From assembly GCF_001194135.2 (NCBI RefSeq), contig NC_068985.1, forward strand, positions 96,266,136-96,313,446: DNA of 47,311 nt, in the 5' to 3' direction. This document shows, one piece after another, positions 13,525-25,275 of the stretch. Position 1 is the stretch's first letter. Each line of letters begins with the position of its first letter. Both the position numbers and the translations under genes were made by a program. Source of the DNA: Octopus bimaculoides (taxonomy: Eukaryota). The notes beneath the pieces are model-generated. The model worked only from the letters and a program-made list of their open reading frames with translations. It was not told the DNA's origin and made no database searches.

Positions 13525-13880
13525 CCATTTTCAGAGGTATTGTTTTCAGTTGTGTTTGTTTGTTTGTTTGTCCATGGACGAGATATCTCAAGAACCGTTA
13601 GATGGATTCAGATGAAACTTTAAGGGATGTTTGCCCTCATGACTGGCACGAGCTGATTAGATTTTGGGGATTGATCTGGTACTGGACAAGGATTCAGGAT
13701 TATTTCTCCTGTTTTTTTACTTAATTTTTGAGAGAGGTCGGGTTCATTTTTAGTATTCTTGTTTGTGAGAGCAGTCGAGTTTATTTCAGGTATTCTCATT
13801 TAAAAAAACCATCTCTGGTTAATCATTGAGAGGACGTTGGTGTTGCCTTGGTGGAGGCCTATGCTCTCTAAGTGCTCTTA
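13525..13880 (+). mobile_element. DINE-1/HINE-like (Helentron-associated) non-autonomous element
   Basis: 5' GAGGTATTGTTTTC, (TTTG)n, ATATCTCAAGAACC..GATGAAACTT core, 3' GCCTTGGTGGAGGC hairpin then GCTCTCTAAGTGC. Confidence 0.5.
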
Positions 13881-14250
13881 TTATTAATATTATTATAGCT
13901 TTTTCTTAAATTTTGCTCTGTGATTTACTTCATGAAACTTCAGTATAAACACATTAACTCTTATTTTGAACTGATTTAAATCAAAACTTACAATCAAAAT
14001 TTCATGTTAATTTAGGTTCCAAGCACCAGCCTAAGGACAAAGTTTTGCTAAATTCTTCATTATTTTCAAAATTAATAGNNNNNNNNNNNNNNNNNNNNNN
14101 NNNNNNNNNNNNNNNNNNNNNNNNNNNNNNNNNNNNNNNNNNNNNNNNNNNNNNNNNNNNNNNNNNNNNNNNNNNNNNNNNNNNNNNNNNNNNNNNNNNN
14201 NNNNNNNNNNNNNNNNNNAACAGAAAAATGGAAACAAGAGTTAAGCTTAC

Positions 14251-14452
14251 CATAAGCATTCGACTTATGTTAATATTTAGTAGAAATTATATATTAAAGT
14301 CTCCAGCTGTTTATACTTGTAATTAGTCACAACTAAGTAAGTGTGGTACAAATTGTAGTTGTAAAACAAAGAGATTGAACATGACAGATTTAAAATTATT
14401 AATAAAAGCTTAAAACGTTTGTAAGAAGAGCACATATTGTTTGTTGTAAGAC
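14251..14452 (-). other. Possible late exon of the minus-strand transcript (stop at 14277-14279)
   Basis: Long polypyrimidine tract ending cacctacag|G; consensus donor ATG|GTAAGC; the phase-1 frame is open for about 58 codons but the peptide is AT-biased. Confidence 0.3.
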
Positions 14453-15084
14453 CTGTAGGTGAAAGCACAGGGTGGATGGCAAAGAGAAGAGTAAGAAAAA
14501 AAAATGTAAAAAAAAAAAGGTTTTCAAAGGAAAAAAAATTATGGGAAGAAACCTATATATTTATTAGAGTAGGGTACATTTATTAGAGTAGGGTAGACAA
14601 GTGGATCTCATTATTGGATAGATTCAGTTCACATCTGTAGCGAACTAGATTCCCTGTTTTGTTTTTAGACACTTGAAATTACTATCCTAGATTCTAAAGC
14701 CTCTATTGCAGTCATGGCTCTACCTCTACTTCATCAGTGAGGAGTAAACAATAGAAAGGCTATCCACCTGTAAAACAAATTAATCCAACAAATAAACCAT
14801 GTCATTCATCTCTCATGTGTCATGGCCACAGGTGTTGGCAATCATGGACCTTCATGCTAAAGCCTAAAGATTCATGATTTTTTCTTGGGAAAAATACAGC
14901 AGTGGTTTCCTGTTGCCTTCAGTTGGCTTTCTTACACTTCCCTCTGTTAGTCCCCTGCTCACTCTTGAGGTTTAGGGCCTACTTAACCTGGAGATAGGGT
15001 TCATGTGACATCAGAACATTTCTACACCCAGGCGGCCTGTGCAACATGTCTAGAGGTCAGCTCTCCTCCAAATCCTGTACAACT

Positions 15085-15270
15085 TAGCTTTAAACCCATC
15101 TGCCACTATTTGACCGATAACTGGAGGCTTTTGACAAGTGCTCCCATCCTGAGTCAAAATAAACATGAAAATAGCAGTGACTAAGAGTAACTCCATACTT
15201 CCCAAAACTCCTGAGCTCTTGAGCTGAAACATCACTGCTGGATGCAGTTTAATGCCTTACCCAGGACAAT
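15085..15270 (-). mobile_element. Interspersed repeat fragment (GTCCTGGGTAAGGCATTAAACTGCATC family)
   Basis: Resembles a recalled octopus repeat; single copy here. Confidence 0.4.
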
Positions 15271-15444
15271 CTCATTCATGTTTCGATGAAAATGGATGTA
15301 AAACAAAAAAAAAAACACTGTAAAACAACCGAATCAGTAACATATGAGGTTAAAAATCTATATCACATTCCGTATTGATACAGCATACATACAATAGAAT
15401 GAGCTTTCTGAAGATTTTCAATGAACTATGAACTTGGGGGTAGA

Positions 15445-15860
15445 TATAACCATATGGTTAACAAGTTTGCTTCCCAATCATGTGGTCTTGAGTTCAGTCC
15501 CATTGCACAGCACTTTGGACAAATGTCTTCTACTAAAGCTCCAGACCATCTAAAGTCTTGTGAGTGGATGCAGGAGATGGGACCCCACCCACAAAAAAAA
15601 AAACCTGTCGTGCGTGTGTGTGTGTGTGTGTGCACATGTGTGTATACTCTTACTCTTGTGAAGATATCACCGAATGGTTGTAAATGAGCTCCACTGTCAC
15701 ACAAGTGAGGTTGTTTCTAGTCTGCAGTGAAAAACACGACTAAGAACAGAGAAATATTACTTTGCTCGGAAACATTTGGCTATTGAAGATCTGCCTCAAC
15801 AATTTCTGTCTGACCCATGCAAACATGGAAAAGTTGAAACTAAATGATGATGATGATGAG
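15445..15860 (+). mobile_element. Composite SINE: family-A head/core joined to a different RTE-type (TGA)n tail
   Basis: The same tail occurs in reverse at about 2143-2357 and 33820-34062. Confidence 0.6.
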
Positions 15861-16094
15861 GATTTATCCTAAAGAGTTAGATTACATTTCTTTGTGTAAT
15901 CTCTTGATAAATTTTGATATTTCATGTTATTTATACTTTTAAAAATACTCGTGTTATCTCATCTATACCTTTTGTTGTGTTTTCAAAACAGCACTAATAT
16001 ATCAATAATTAAAAAAAAAAAATAGTTGTTTAACAAAATGAGTCAAAATGCACAATTACAAATACTACGTTTTTTTTAAATGATAATTCTAATT

Positions 16095-16300
16095 GTAAGG
16101 CAGTGAGCTGGCAGACTCATTAGCATGCTGGGAAAAATGCTTAGCGGTATTTCGTTCATCTTTACATCCTGAGTTCAAATTCTGCGTAGGTCTACTCTGC
16201 TTTTCATCCTTTTGGGGCTGATAAGTACTAGTCAAGCACTGGGGTTGATGTAATAAGCTTACCCCCTCCCCTACAATTACTGGCTTTGTGACAAAATTTG
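16095..16300 (+). mobile_element. SINE family B (AAGGCAGTGAGCTGGCAGA head; CTTTCATCCTTT..GGGG..GATAA central box)
   Basis: The same family recurs at about 7482-7650(+), 33503-33665(+) and 44825-45035(-). Confidence 0.8.
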
Positions 16301-18329
16301 AAGCCAACAATTTTAGTTATAAATATTGTAGTTAGAAATAAAGTAAAAAATGGATTAACTTGTCTATCAGAATCATATTATTAGTTGCATTATATGCATC
16401 AACATATAGAGATGAATAAAAGTACATTTTATTTGCACCTTTTTATTTCCTTTTGTATATGATCTGATTGGTGTTGCACTTTTTACTCAGATGATGAGGA
16501 GTAAAATTAAACCCAAGTCATTGTCCCACAAGAGCCTTCAAACCCAGGTGACAGCTCTCTGACGTCAGTCACTAAGAAACCTGATAATATCAACACATTT
16601 CTTTAGACAACAATAAGAAGCTGTCTAATTTTTGTACCCTGTTTCAAGTTAAACTTCATAGGACAAAAGCTGCACTTCAAATTTGTCTAATAATGGTTTA
16701 AGATAAAAATACAAGTTTGTCATGATAACCACAAAAAAAATCACACAAAGAAATGGTATACAAATAGTAATGTAGATATAATTACACTAATTATTATTGT
16801 ACCAATGATAATAGTTTCTAGAATTTAATTGTTATTTGTCAGGTGTGTTCAAGTGGAAAGATATAACTAAACAGATTTTTTATAAAGCAGAAATATTTAA
16901 TTTGGTGTCCATTATCAATGTAGAGAGATTAAGGTACTGCGCTACTAATTATATGGTCTTATAACCTTACTAGTCATTGTGTTGTAATATCCAGTCAGTA
17001 CTAATCAAACTTATGGACAAATGTAGTCCATATATAGCAATCCTGACTTCTGTATATTTAAGACATTACTGTGTAATGTGTCCTTCCCTTTTTTTAAGAC
17101 TGTGTGTGATTTGGTTGTTATTTCTAGTGAGCTGAATGACTGCTCAGAGGTTCTCCCATTGCTTGCATTCTTCAGTGTTGTTCCTTTGAATAACTTACAT
17201 AACACACCTTTCCTTAGTTTGTCTAACTGATTAAATAAGTCTCTACTATCTGTTATTTGATGTGTGAGTGGTTTACAGTCAGGAAGGGCATCGAGATGTA
17301 AAATTCATCTTTGCCGACAATTTTTTTTTTTGTTGATGTTTCCTTCAACTTTTCACACATGGGTAAATAAAAACAGATAAAATAAAAAGAATCTTGACAC
17401 ACTCAGTTTTACATTATATTTTTAAAGCCTGAGTGGATTTACATTTCCTAATTGTTAGATAAGATCTTAAAGAAACTGATCGTCTAGCATGAACAAGGGA
17501 ACCTGAGTCACTGAATGAACTCAAACAGGTAACTCAACCTGTTAGAAATAGCAGCCAAATCTCCTTCAAAAGGAGTCCTACCATCTTATAAATAGAGGAG
17601 CACAATGAGTGATGTAACCAGAGATACACCCTGTTTAAATAAAAGACAGGATGGTTATGAAAGAAATGTCTGTGATCATAGGTCTGCTTGATCAGGAATT
17701 ATTTGGTACTTAAACTACAACTAGTACAATTTTCCTAAAGCAAATACTGCATCTTAAATAATAATTTTCCTTGATCTTCAGCTCAGGTCAACCTAAATCA
17801 AGCAGAATAAGATCAAAGGCATTCCCAATTTGACCATTTCCCCATCTTCAACACATCTAAGCTTATATTTTTAATAAGGTTTTCCTTGGTTAAGATAGCA
17901 GGGCTTTCATGCTAACATATTTCGCTAGTATTTCTAGAAGATCAAGTGACCACATAGCTCATAAATAATTTTAGTATTATGTACTGCTAGCAAGATAAAA
18001 TATAATTAATGATGGCATGTGTATGGAAAGAAGCGGAAGAGCGGCAGTATTTAACTGCTTATATCAAGCTCAATAGAACACACAATCTCTTGCCATCTCT
18101 AAACTTACGCTTGCGCATTTACAAATATTGTCAGACTTCTCACCTTAGTCATTTCAAATTTCACAACAGCAAAACTCTTATCTCATTCATTCTTATCTAT
18201 TCAACCCATTGTTGTATTTGTCATTTTAACAGTCTGTGCTCTATGCTGCTATTTCTAGTCCCTGTGACATAAGATTTGGAAAAGGACTTCTTACTTCTTA
18301 GAAAATCAAAGTAGAAAATAGATAATAAA

Positions 18330-18710
18330 GATGCAGGAATGGTTGTGTGGTTGAGAAGCTCACTTTGTAATCATATGGTCTTGAGTTCAGTCCCAAAGCA
18401 CAGTACCTTAGGCAAGTGTCTACTGTAGCTCCAGGCTGACCAATACCTTGCAAATGAATATGTGGTCGAGGGAAACTCTGGAAACTTACCATGTATATGT
18501 GTATCTGAGCTTGCTCCCTCATTATTTGGCAATCGGTGTTGGTTTGTTTATGCTCCTGTAACTTAGCAGTTTGGCAAAAGAGATCAATAGAATAAGTGCA
18601 AGACTTAAAAATAAGTAGTAGGGCCAATTTGTTTGACTAAATCCTTGAAGAGAATGCCCCCAGCATGGCCACCGTCAAAAGACTGAAACAGGTAGAAGAT
18701 ACAAGATAAA
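18330..18710 (+). mobile_element. SINE family A, older copy
   Basis: Diverged head-core-tail order preserved. Confidence 0.75.
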
Positions 18711-18769
18711 TAACTAGAAGAGAGTAAAAATAATATAACAAGATTTATTGTGGTTTTCTAGACGATAGC

Positions 18770-19570
18770 TACTTACCGATGGCATCTTTGCACATGGCTT
18801 CTATGGTTCTCACAAGCCATTCAGTTATCCTTAGTTTTCTAGGTGACCATCAAGTATAAAGTGTGGAACTATTGAATGCTTTCTCCAAAATCAAAAGCTA
18901 CATAGCGTGCTGACTCCTAGCTTAGTATTTCTCCTGTAGCTATCTTTCTAGGAATACAGCAATGGTGGTACCCTGTCCAGGTATAAAGCTGAACTGGTTT
19001 CTGTCTAGATTAATTCTTTTCCTGATTTCATTGATTGCCTCTTTCTCCCTCCCTCACCCTCTCTCCCTCTAGAGTTTCCTTTGTCTTTGAGACAGTCAAT
19101 GATTGACTATGCAAATGAGTAACACACGACCTGCATCACCAAATAAACATCTCAATGACTAACCATGATAGTCCAGCTGCCTTTCTTGTTTTCATATCCT
19201 TAATAGCACCTTCATCCATATGACTTTCAGCTTCAATGGTTGGTTGATCTATTGGATCTACTTGAAGTAGGTCCTTTCTCTCTCATGCACTCTCCTCATT
19301 CAACAACCTCTCACAATAGCATTTCTATACATTTCTCTTTTCAGTGCAGTGAGGCCAGGTGCACTGCTACCATTCTGTACACATTTCTCCCCAAATAACT
19401 CTCCTGAGTACACAGCCTTGCAATCTGGAACATCTCATGCATCTGATTTGCACACTGCAGAGCATCGCAGAACAAACCTGTTAACTTTGGCTTCTCCCCT
19501 TGCTAAGTATACCTGACGTCTAGCTTCTCTTCCAGCTACTTAATATTGTTGATAATGGAAGTTTTTACCT
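18770..19570 (-). mobile_element. Decayed RTE LINE RT fragment
   Basis: NQFSFIPGQGTTIAVFLER*LQEKY*...LEKAF and RKLRITEWLVRTIEAM, matching RTE RT domain motifs. Confidence 0.85.
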
Positions 19571-20390
19571 CTGTTTTACTACATCAACACAAAGCTTTCT
19601 GTGAAAGCTGTTGCTTTTACAGCTGGTTGTCTTCAACCACTGTCTAGTCAAAGATATATAAAGAATACAATAGAACCTGTTTGCCAGACAGGCAAACTGA
19701 TACACAAAGAATTATATATCTTGTACAGGAATGCAACACACATGGGAATTCTACACTGTACCGAGGAGAGATATCTACAATCATTGGACTATGCACAACT
19801 TTAATTCATTAATATAAGAAATTAATTAGATTTTGTATTTAGAACATTGGTGGTTTGAAAAGGACTAATCTGTGCTAATTACTACAGTACTCATTAATTA
19901 ATTGTATGTAATTTTAACGCCATATAATACCAAAGCAAAACCATTGTAACTGCAAAATATCTCAAGTAATCAGATGAAAATTGATTACACATTATATTTG
20001 CCTATTCCTAACAATAATGGTAGGAGTGATATAACATAAAAAAAAAGACAATGCAAGATCTCATAGATAATCTAGAAAATTATTTTGACTTCCATCAGCA
20101 GTTTATTACTTCTGGGAATGTTGCGCCTTTGTCAGTTTCATGCAACACATAATGGGATAATGTGCCATCCAAAGATGACGCATCAATCGCCAAATAGAAA
20201 TGGAATTAAAAATAAATGGCAAGTTAGACATTTATTTAAAGAAAGAACACACCAGTGAAAGCATCCTTATTGTTTGATAAGATATTGTGGTCCCAATCAA
20301 AGAAAATATTTATTCCAATGTGCTGTTGAGATTTCATTTGATTTATCTCTCACTATTGCCTGATAATAAAGTGGGTCTGAAGTGCCATAC

Positions 20391-20420
20391 CAGACCTTCC
20401 TCTGTCAGCAAGTAAGATGC
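20391..20420 (-). CDS. Putative 30-bp exon (G-ILLADRGRS, or ASYLLTEEGL)
   Basis: Acceptor C18-GCAG|G; donor CTG|GTATGG; frame-compatible with the 20532 exon in both readings. Confidence 0.35.
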
Positions 20421-20531
20421 CTGCGGGGGGGGGGGGGGGGGGTACTTTTTATATTATCTTATAAGTGGAGTTCATATAAAAATACAACCTACATTCAACA
20501 AATCACAAATAAACATCTGTGAATAGTTTAC

Positions 20532-20575
20532 CTTGTCTCCTAACAAATGTTTTTGTCGTTTTGAAGTATGCACAT
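20532..20575 (-). CDS. Putative 44-bp exon (CAYFKTTKTFVRRQ, or DVHTSKRQKHLLGDK in the alternative frame)
   Basis: Strong acceptor tttttattttgcag|A and donor AAG|GTAAAC; followed by a 111-bp intron. Confidence 0.5.
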
Positions 20576-21378
20576 CTGCAAAATAAAAACTAGATGGCAA
20601 ACATAAGAAAAAAAAAAATTTAATCCACCTCAGCTGACTAACCATACACAAAGAGAAAGACAAAGCTAAATACTGGAAAACAAGGTTTCGGAGTTTTTTT
20701 CTTCGCTTTTTTTCTATAGGCCCTAAAACTGTTGAAAATTATAAAGAAAATTTACAAGTAGAATTAGAGCATATCTGATAGTGTTCTGTATATTAACTAT
20801 TTATTTAATGTCATATCTATTACAGTCTCTTTTTTTTTTTCTTGTAGATTTTTCTTCAGTTTCTATCAATTTCTATCTTCAAGTATAGTCCCGCCTTAAT
20901 TGCTTGCTTTCAGACTTTTATAATTTAGTGCTATAAAAAAACCTCACAATATACTTGCATTTCTAAGGTGGTAGATGGCAGATAAAATGCCTAGTGGCAT
21001 TAAGTTAATCCCACCAAACTCAAATTTATTAATTTCAAAAGGATGAAAGGAAATTACAGATAGTTACTAGGAACAGGATACGGACATTTTAATGACCTAA
21101 CATTTGTAGTCTAATTTAGAAATTATCATTATAACTATTACAGGTAATATTAGTTAGCAGGGCTGTTGTCTTGAGGTTTGGTGACAAGTTTCCTCAAATT
21201 TCAAGACTAATTCAAATGATTCTTGCAGGATATAGAATTGCTCTTTTCTATAGGTCAACAATGCAAGCCCCCAATCAATATACTCTAACCACTAAGTTAA
21301 AAGTCTGGGTATCAGACTTAACTATGAGCTATTACAAGTTTCATGTGCCAGTAGTACAATCCTGTGTTTATCAAATGT

Positions 21379-21588
21379 GTATCTCTTGCTGGATGGAGTG
21401 CTTGTTTTGTTGATCCTACCAATAACAAAACAGTACACTAAGTGTGTGTGTGTGTGTGTGTGTGTTTGGTGTAAGGGCATGCATCCAGCCGTATCTCTTG
21501 CTGGATGGAGTGCTTGTTTTGTTGATCCTACCAATAACAAAACAGTACACTAAGTGTGTGTGTTTGGTGTAAGGGCATGCATCCAGCC
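21379..21588 (+). repeat. Direct tandem duplication (112 + 98 bp)
   Basis: Units are identical except (GT)12 versus (GT)5. Confidence 0.95.
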
Positions 21589-21685
21589 ATAGAAACTAGG
21601 AGCTCGGTACAGTTGTCAAGATTACCAGCTCCTCTCAAACTGTCCAACACACATACCAGCATAGAAAACAGATATTAGATGATGG

Positions 21686-21730
<45 letters not shown>

Positions 21731-22269
21731 TGACTGCAACAAGCAAAAAGAAAAAAAGCGAAAAATATAACCATGGGGCTTTTGTCCACTTTCACACTTT
21801 AATTATGGCACTTTTGTCTGTGGGGCTTTTGTCCTTGGGGTCTTTTATCCAGATCCCCATTAGGACACAGATACAAAGCAGTAGAATCCAAAGTAACTCC
21901 TGGTAGTTTGTGTCTTAATACTTATGATAAATTTTAGTCTACAGTGATACTTGTTTCAAACAAAAATTATTAAAAACTACTTTACCATCATTACCACTTT
22001 TTCCTCACTGCTTCTTTGATCTTCTTAGATTTTCTATAATTTATATTTCATCAGACCCATCTTCAAATATCTCCCTAGTTATGTCTACTTGCTAAAAAAC
22101 ATGACATTTCAAACATGAACCGAGAGCAAGCTCAATAATTAATTACAAATTAAGGTAATAGCCAAAATGATCTAAATAAATATTTGCCCTATCTGTAATG
22201 TGGGTGAGATGTAAAACATGAAAGAAGTAATTATTTTAAAGATGGATAATCATTAACTGGATTCATCTT

Positions 22270-22590
22270 TTATCTCATACTTGTTTCAGTCACTGGAGTG
22301 TGGCCATGCTGGGGCACCAACTTGAAATACATATTTTTAAGTCTGGTGCTATTCTATTGGTCTCTTTTGCAGAACCACTAAGTTACTGGTGACACAAATT
22401 AATCAACACCAGTTGTTAGGCAGTGGGGGAGGTCACAAACAGATACATGTACACACACAAGCTTCCACACAGTTTCCAGCTATCAAGTTCAATCGCAAGG
22501 TACTTGTCAACCCAGGGCTATAGAAGATACTTGCCTAAGGTGCCACATGCTTGCAAAGCAGGCATTTTAACCACACAGCTATACCAGTAC
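22270..22590 (-). mobile_element. SINE family A, older copy
   Basis: Diverged match to the family consensus. Confidence 0.7.
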
Positions 22591-22788
22591 CTGATTCTTT
22601 ATAAAAAACATTTTTTTTAACCAAAAACTGTTATTTAGCCCAAGGCAAACTCTGATCTAGCAGACGTATGATCAACATGTAAGGTGCCAGGACTGGCTGA
22701 GTATATAGTATTAAACCTACAAGTTGAGAGGTAACTCACAGTTGTCATTTGTTGTTACTTCATCATAAGTACATATATATATATATAT

Positions 22789-22980
22789 GGGAGAATATAC
22801 GAAAAAACAACAACAGACAAGGACAGGTGGTGTAAATAACAAAAGGATATATTAGTATGACGCTCGGGAATACGGAAAGTCTTTGACGTTTCGAGCTACG
22901 CTCTTCAACAGAAAGAATATGGAGACAAGGAGAAAAACACGGAGAAAAAAAATTGAATAGTGTCCAGTCAACGGTCAATC

Positions 22981-22983
<3 letters not shown>
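22789..22983 (-). mobile_element. Penelope-like element terminal (pLTR-type) remnant between (TA)n tracts
   Basis: Carries the GAAGAG..CTCGAAACGTC motif typical of PLE termini; flanked by (AT)n 22773-22788 and (TA)n from about 22985. Confidence 0.55.
22880..22916 (-). ncRNA. Minimal type I hammerhead-ribozyme-like motif (degenerate core)
   Basis: UCUUU-CUGUUGA-A-GAG(CGUAG)CUC-GAAA-C-GUC-AAAGA: 5-bp helix I, 3-bp helix II, palindromic ACGU helix III, GUC cleavage triplet; A6 deviates from consensus. Confidence 0.45.
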
Positions 22984-23020
<37 letters not shown>

Positions 23021-23096
23021 CACATAAACATATACACACACTCACAATGTAGCGTATGTATAAAGAAGAACCGAACCTCACTTGTGTTCTTCATAT

Positions 23097-23365
23097 ATCA
23101 TCATCATCATCATCACTGTTTAACGTCCGCTTTCCATGCTGGCATGGGTTGGACGGTTTGGCAGAGGACTAGCAAGCCAGAAGGCTGTACCAGGCTCCAA
23201 TCTGATCTGGCAAGGTTTCTACAGCTGGATGCCCTTCTTAACGCCAACCACTTCGAGAGTGTAGTGGGTGCTTTTTACGTGCCACCAGCACGAGGGCTAG
23301 TGAGGTGGTACTGGCATCGACCATGCTCGAATGGTGCTTTTTATGTGCCATCAGCATGGGACCTG
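23097..23365 (-). mobile_element. Family C copy
   Basis: (TCA)n tail plus conserved body. Confidence 0.85.
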
Positions 23366-24084
23366 TCAGACAACACACACAATACACACACACATGTGTG
23401 TGCTTTTTATATAAAAAAATGGCCTGTTCTTGTAGAATATATGACAAACTGAGAGCTTGTATGACCTTTTGTTTAAGCACAAACATTATTTGATAATGAC
23501 CTGTATATATTATCTTACACTGTTACTGAGCACAAATGCTGTCACCCTAATAACATTCAGATAGGTATTATTCTCCTTGATTTCTGTTTTTCTTTTTTCT
23601 TTTCATAACAAAACACTAAACACGATATTACTATGTATCCGGAATTACATATACGCGGTGGGATGAATTTACCGACTGAAATACTGAAATTGCTAACTTC
23701 ATAATGAAATACTGCGAAACTATTTAAGAGAAGAGGGAACAATTTACAACTTGCTGAACTGGAGCGAGTAATATGAGTTGTCTAAAAGAATAATGCAATG
23801 TCTGTGGCATATCAATCACATGGCTATCAAATGTTATACCCACCACAAAATAACAAAAGAGGAAAAAAGTACTCAAATTAAAATGGAAAGTATAAAGCTG
23901 ACAAGGTAACATAAAGAGAGTTAGCAATGTGAGTGTGAAAGTCAAGCTGCATTTGACTGCCAGAAGCAAGTCTTAAGTTATACTCTATCGGCTTATTGTT
24001 TACTTGTTCCAGTCATTGGACTGCAGCCATGCTGGGGTACCTATCTTTGAAGAATTTTTATCAAATGAATTGACCCAGTAATTA

Positions 24085-24440
24085 TATACTCTTTTAGTTT
24101 TTACTCTTTTACTTGTTTCAATCATTTGACTGCGGCCATGCTGGAGCACCGCCTTTAGTTGTGCAAATCGACCCCGGGACTTATTCTTTGTATGCCTAGT
24201 ACTTATTCTGTTGGTCTCTTTTTGCCTAACTGCTAAGTGACAGGGACATAAACACACCAGCATCGGTCGTCAAGCGATGTTGGCAGGGACAAACACAGAC
24301 ACACAAACACACACACACATATATATATATGCATATACATATATATGACGAGCTTCTTTTAGTTTCCGTCTACCAAATCCACTCACAAGGCTTTGGTCGA
24401 CCTGAGGCTATAGTAGAAGACACTTGCCCAAGGTGCCAAG
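24085..24440 (-). mobile_element. SINE family A, head-truncated
   Basis: High similarity to the other young copies. Confidence 0.85.
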
Positions 24441-24601
24441 CCATGCTAAGGTACCACTTCGGAGGGTGTAGATTAACAAACTGACCCCAGTTCTTTTTGA
24501 ATTTCATACTTATTCTCTGGGTGTTTTTTGTTGAACCACTAAGTTATGAGGATATAAACAAACCAGCAGAGGTTGTCATGTGGTAGGGGACAACAGATAT
24601 T

Positions 24602-24819
24602 CAGGGTTGGCCAAAAGTCACCTGACAGTAAATCAAAACCATTTAATTCCAAGATTAAAACAGAAAATTATTTTATGAGACTTTGAAAAAAAAAAAAAGG
24701 TGATTTTAACTCACAACATTCAATTATTAAACATTCATAATTAGAATGAAAAAATAAAATTGAACATTAAGTATTTATGGAATTTTGATTTACTGTCAGG
24801 TGACTTTTGGCCAGCCCTG
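24602..24819. mobile_element. Tc1/mariner-like MITE, 218 bp
   Basis: 37-bp TIRs CAGGGTTGGCCAAAAGTCACCTGACAGTAAATCAAAA matching at 36/37; AT-rich interior; TA target not cleanly preserved. Confidence 0.8.
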
Positions 24820-24958
24820 TGTATGTATATATNNNNNNNNNNNNNNNNNNNNNNNNNNNNNNNNNNNNNNNNNNNNNNNNNNNNNNNNNNNNNNNNNNNN
24901 NNNNNNNNNNNNNNNNNNNNNNNNNNNNNNNNNNNNNNNNNNNNNNNNNNNNNNNNNN

Positions 24959-25275
24959 ACATGGTTTAGTGGTTAGGGCATTCGGCTCACAATTGTAAGG
25001 TTGTGAGTTCAGTTCGCAGTGATGCGTCGTGTCCTTGAGCAAGACACTTTATTTCACATTGCTCCAGTCCACTCAGCTGGCAAAGATGAGTCGTACCTGT
25101 ATTTCAAAGGGCCAGCCTTGTCACACTCTGTGTCACACTGAATTTCACTGAGAACCACATTAAGAGTACACATGTCTGTGGAGTGCTCAGCCACTTGCAC
25201 ATTAATTTCATGAGCTAGCTATTCCGTTGGTTGTGTCAGCTGGAACCCTTGTCGTCATAACTGACAGAGTGCTCC
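24959..25275 (+). mobile_element. SINE family F (tRNA head plus GTGTCCTTGAGCAAGACACTT CORE-like box)
   Basis: A-box TGGTTTAGTGG and B-box-like GAGTTCAGTTC; a related minus-strand fragment lies at about 36280-36410. Confidence 0.7.

Noticed and set aside
14560-14597. 19-bp tandem duplication (also about three short units at 31686-31761)
   Set aside because: Ordinary local slippage in AT-rich DNA.
20720-20745. CPKTVEN resemblance to the cyclophilin PKTVENF motif
   Set aside because: The flanking residues do not match cyclophilins and the frame ends after 18 codons.
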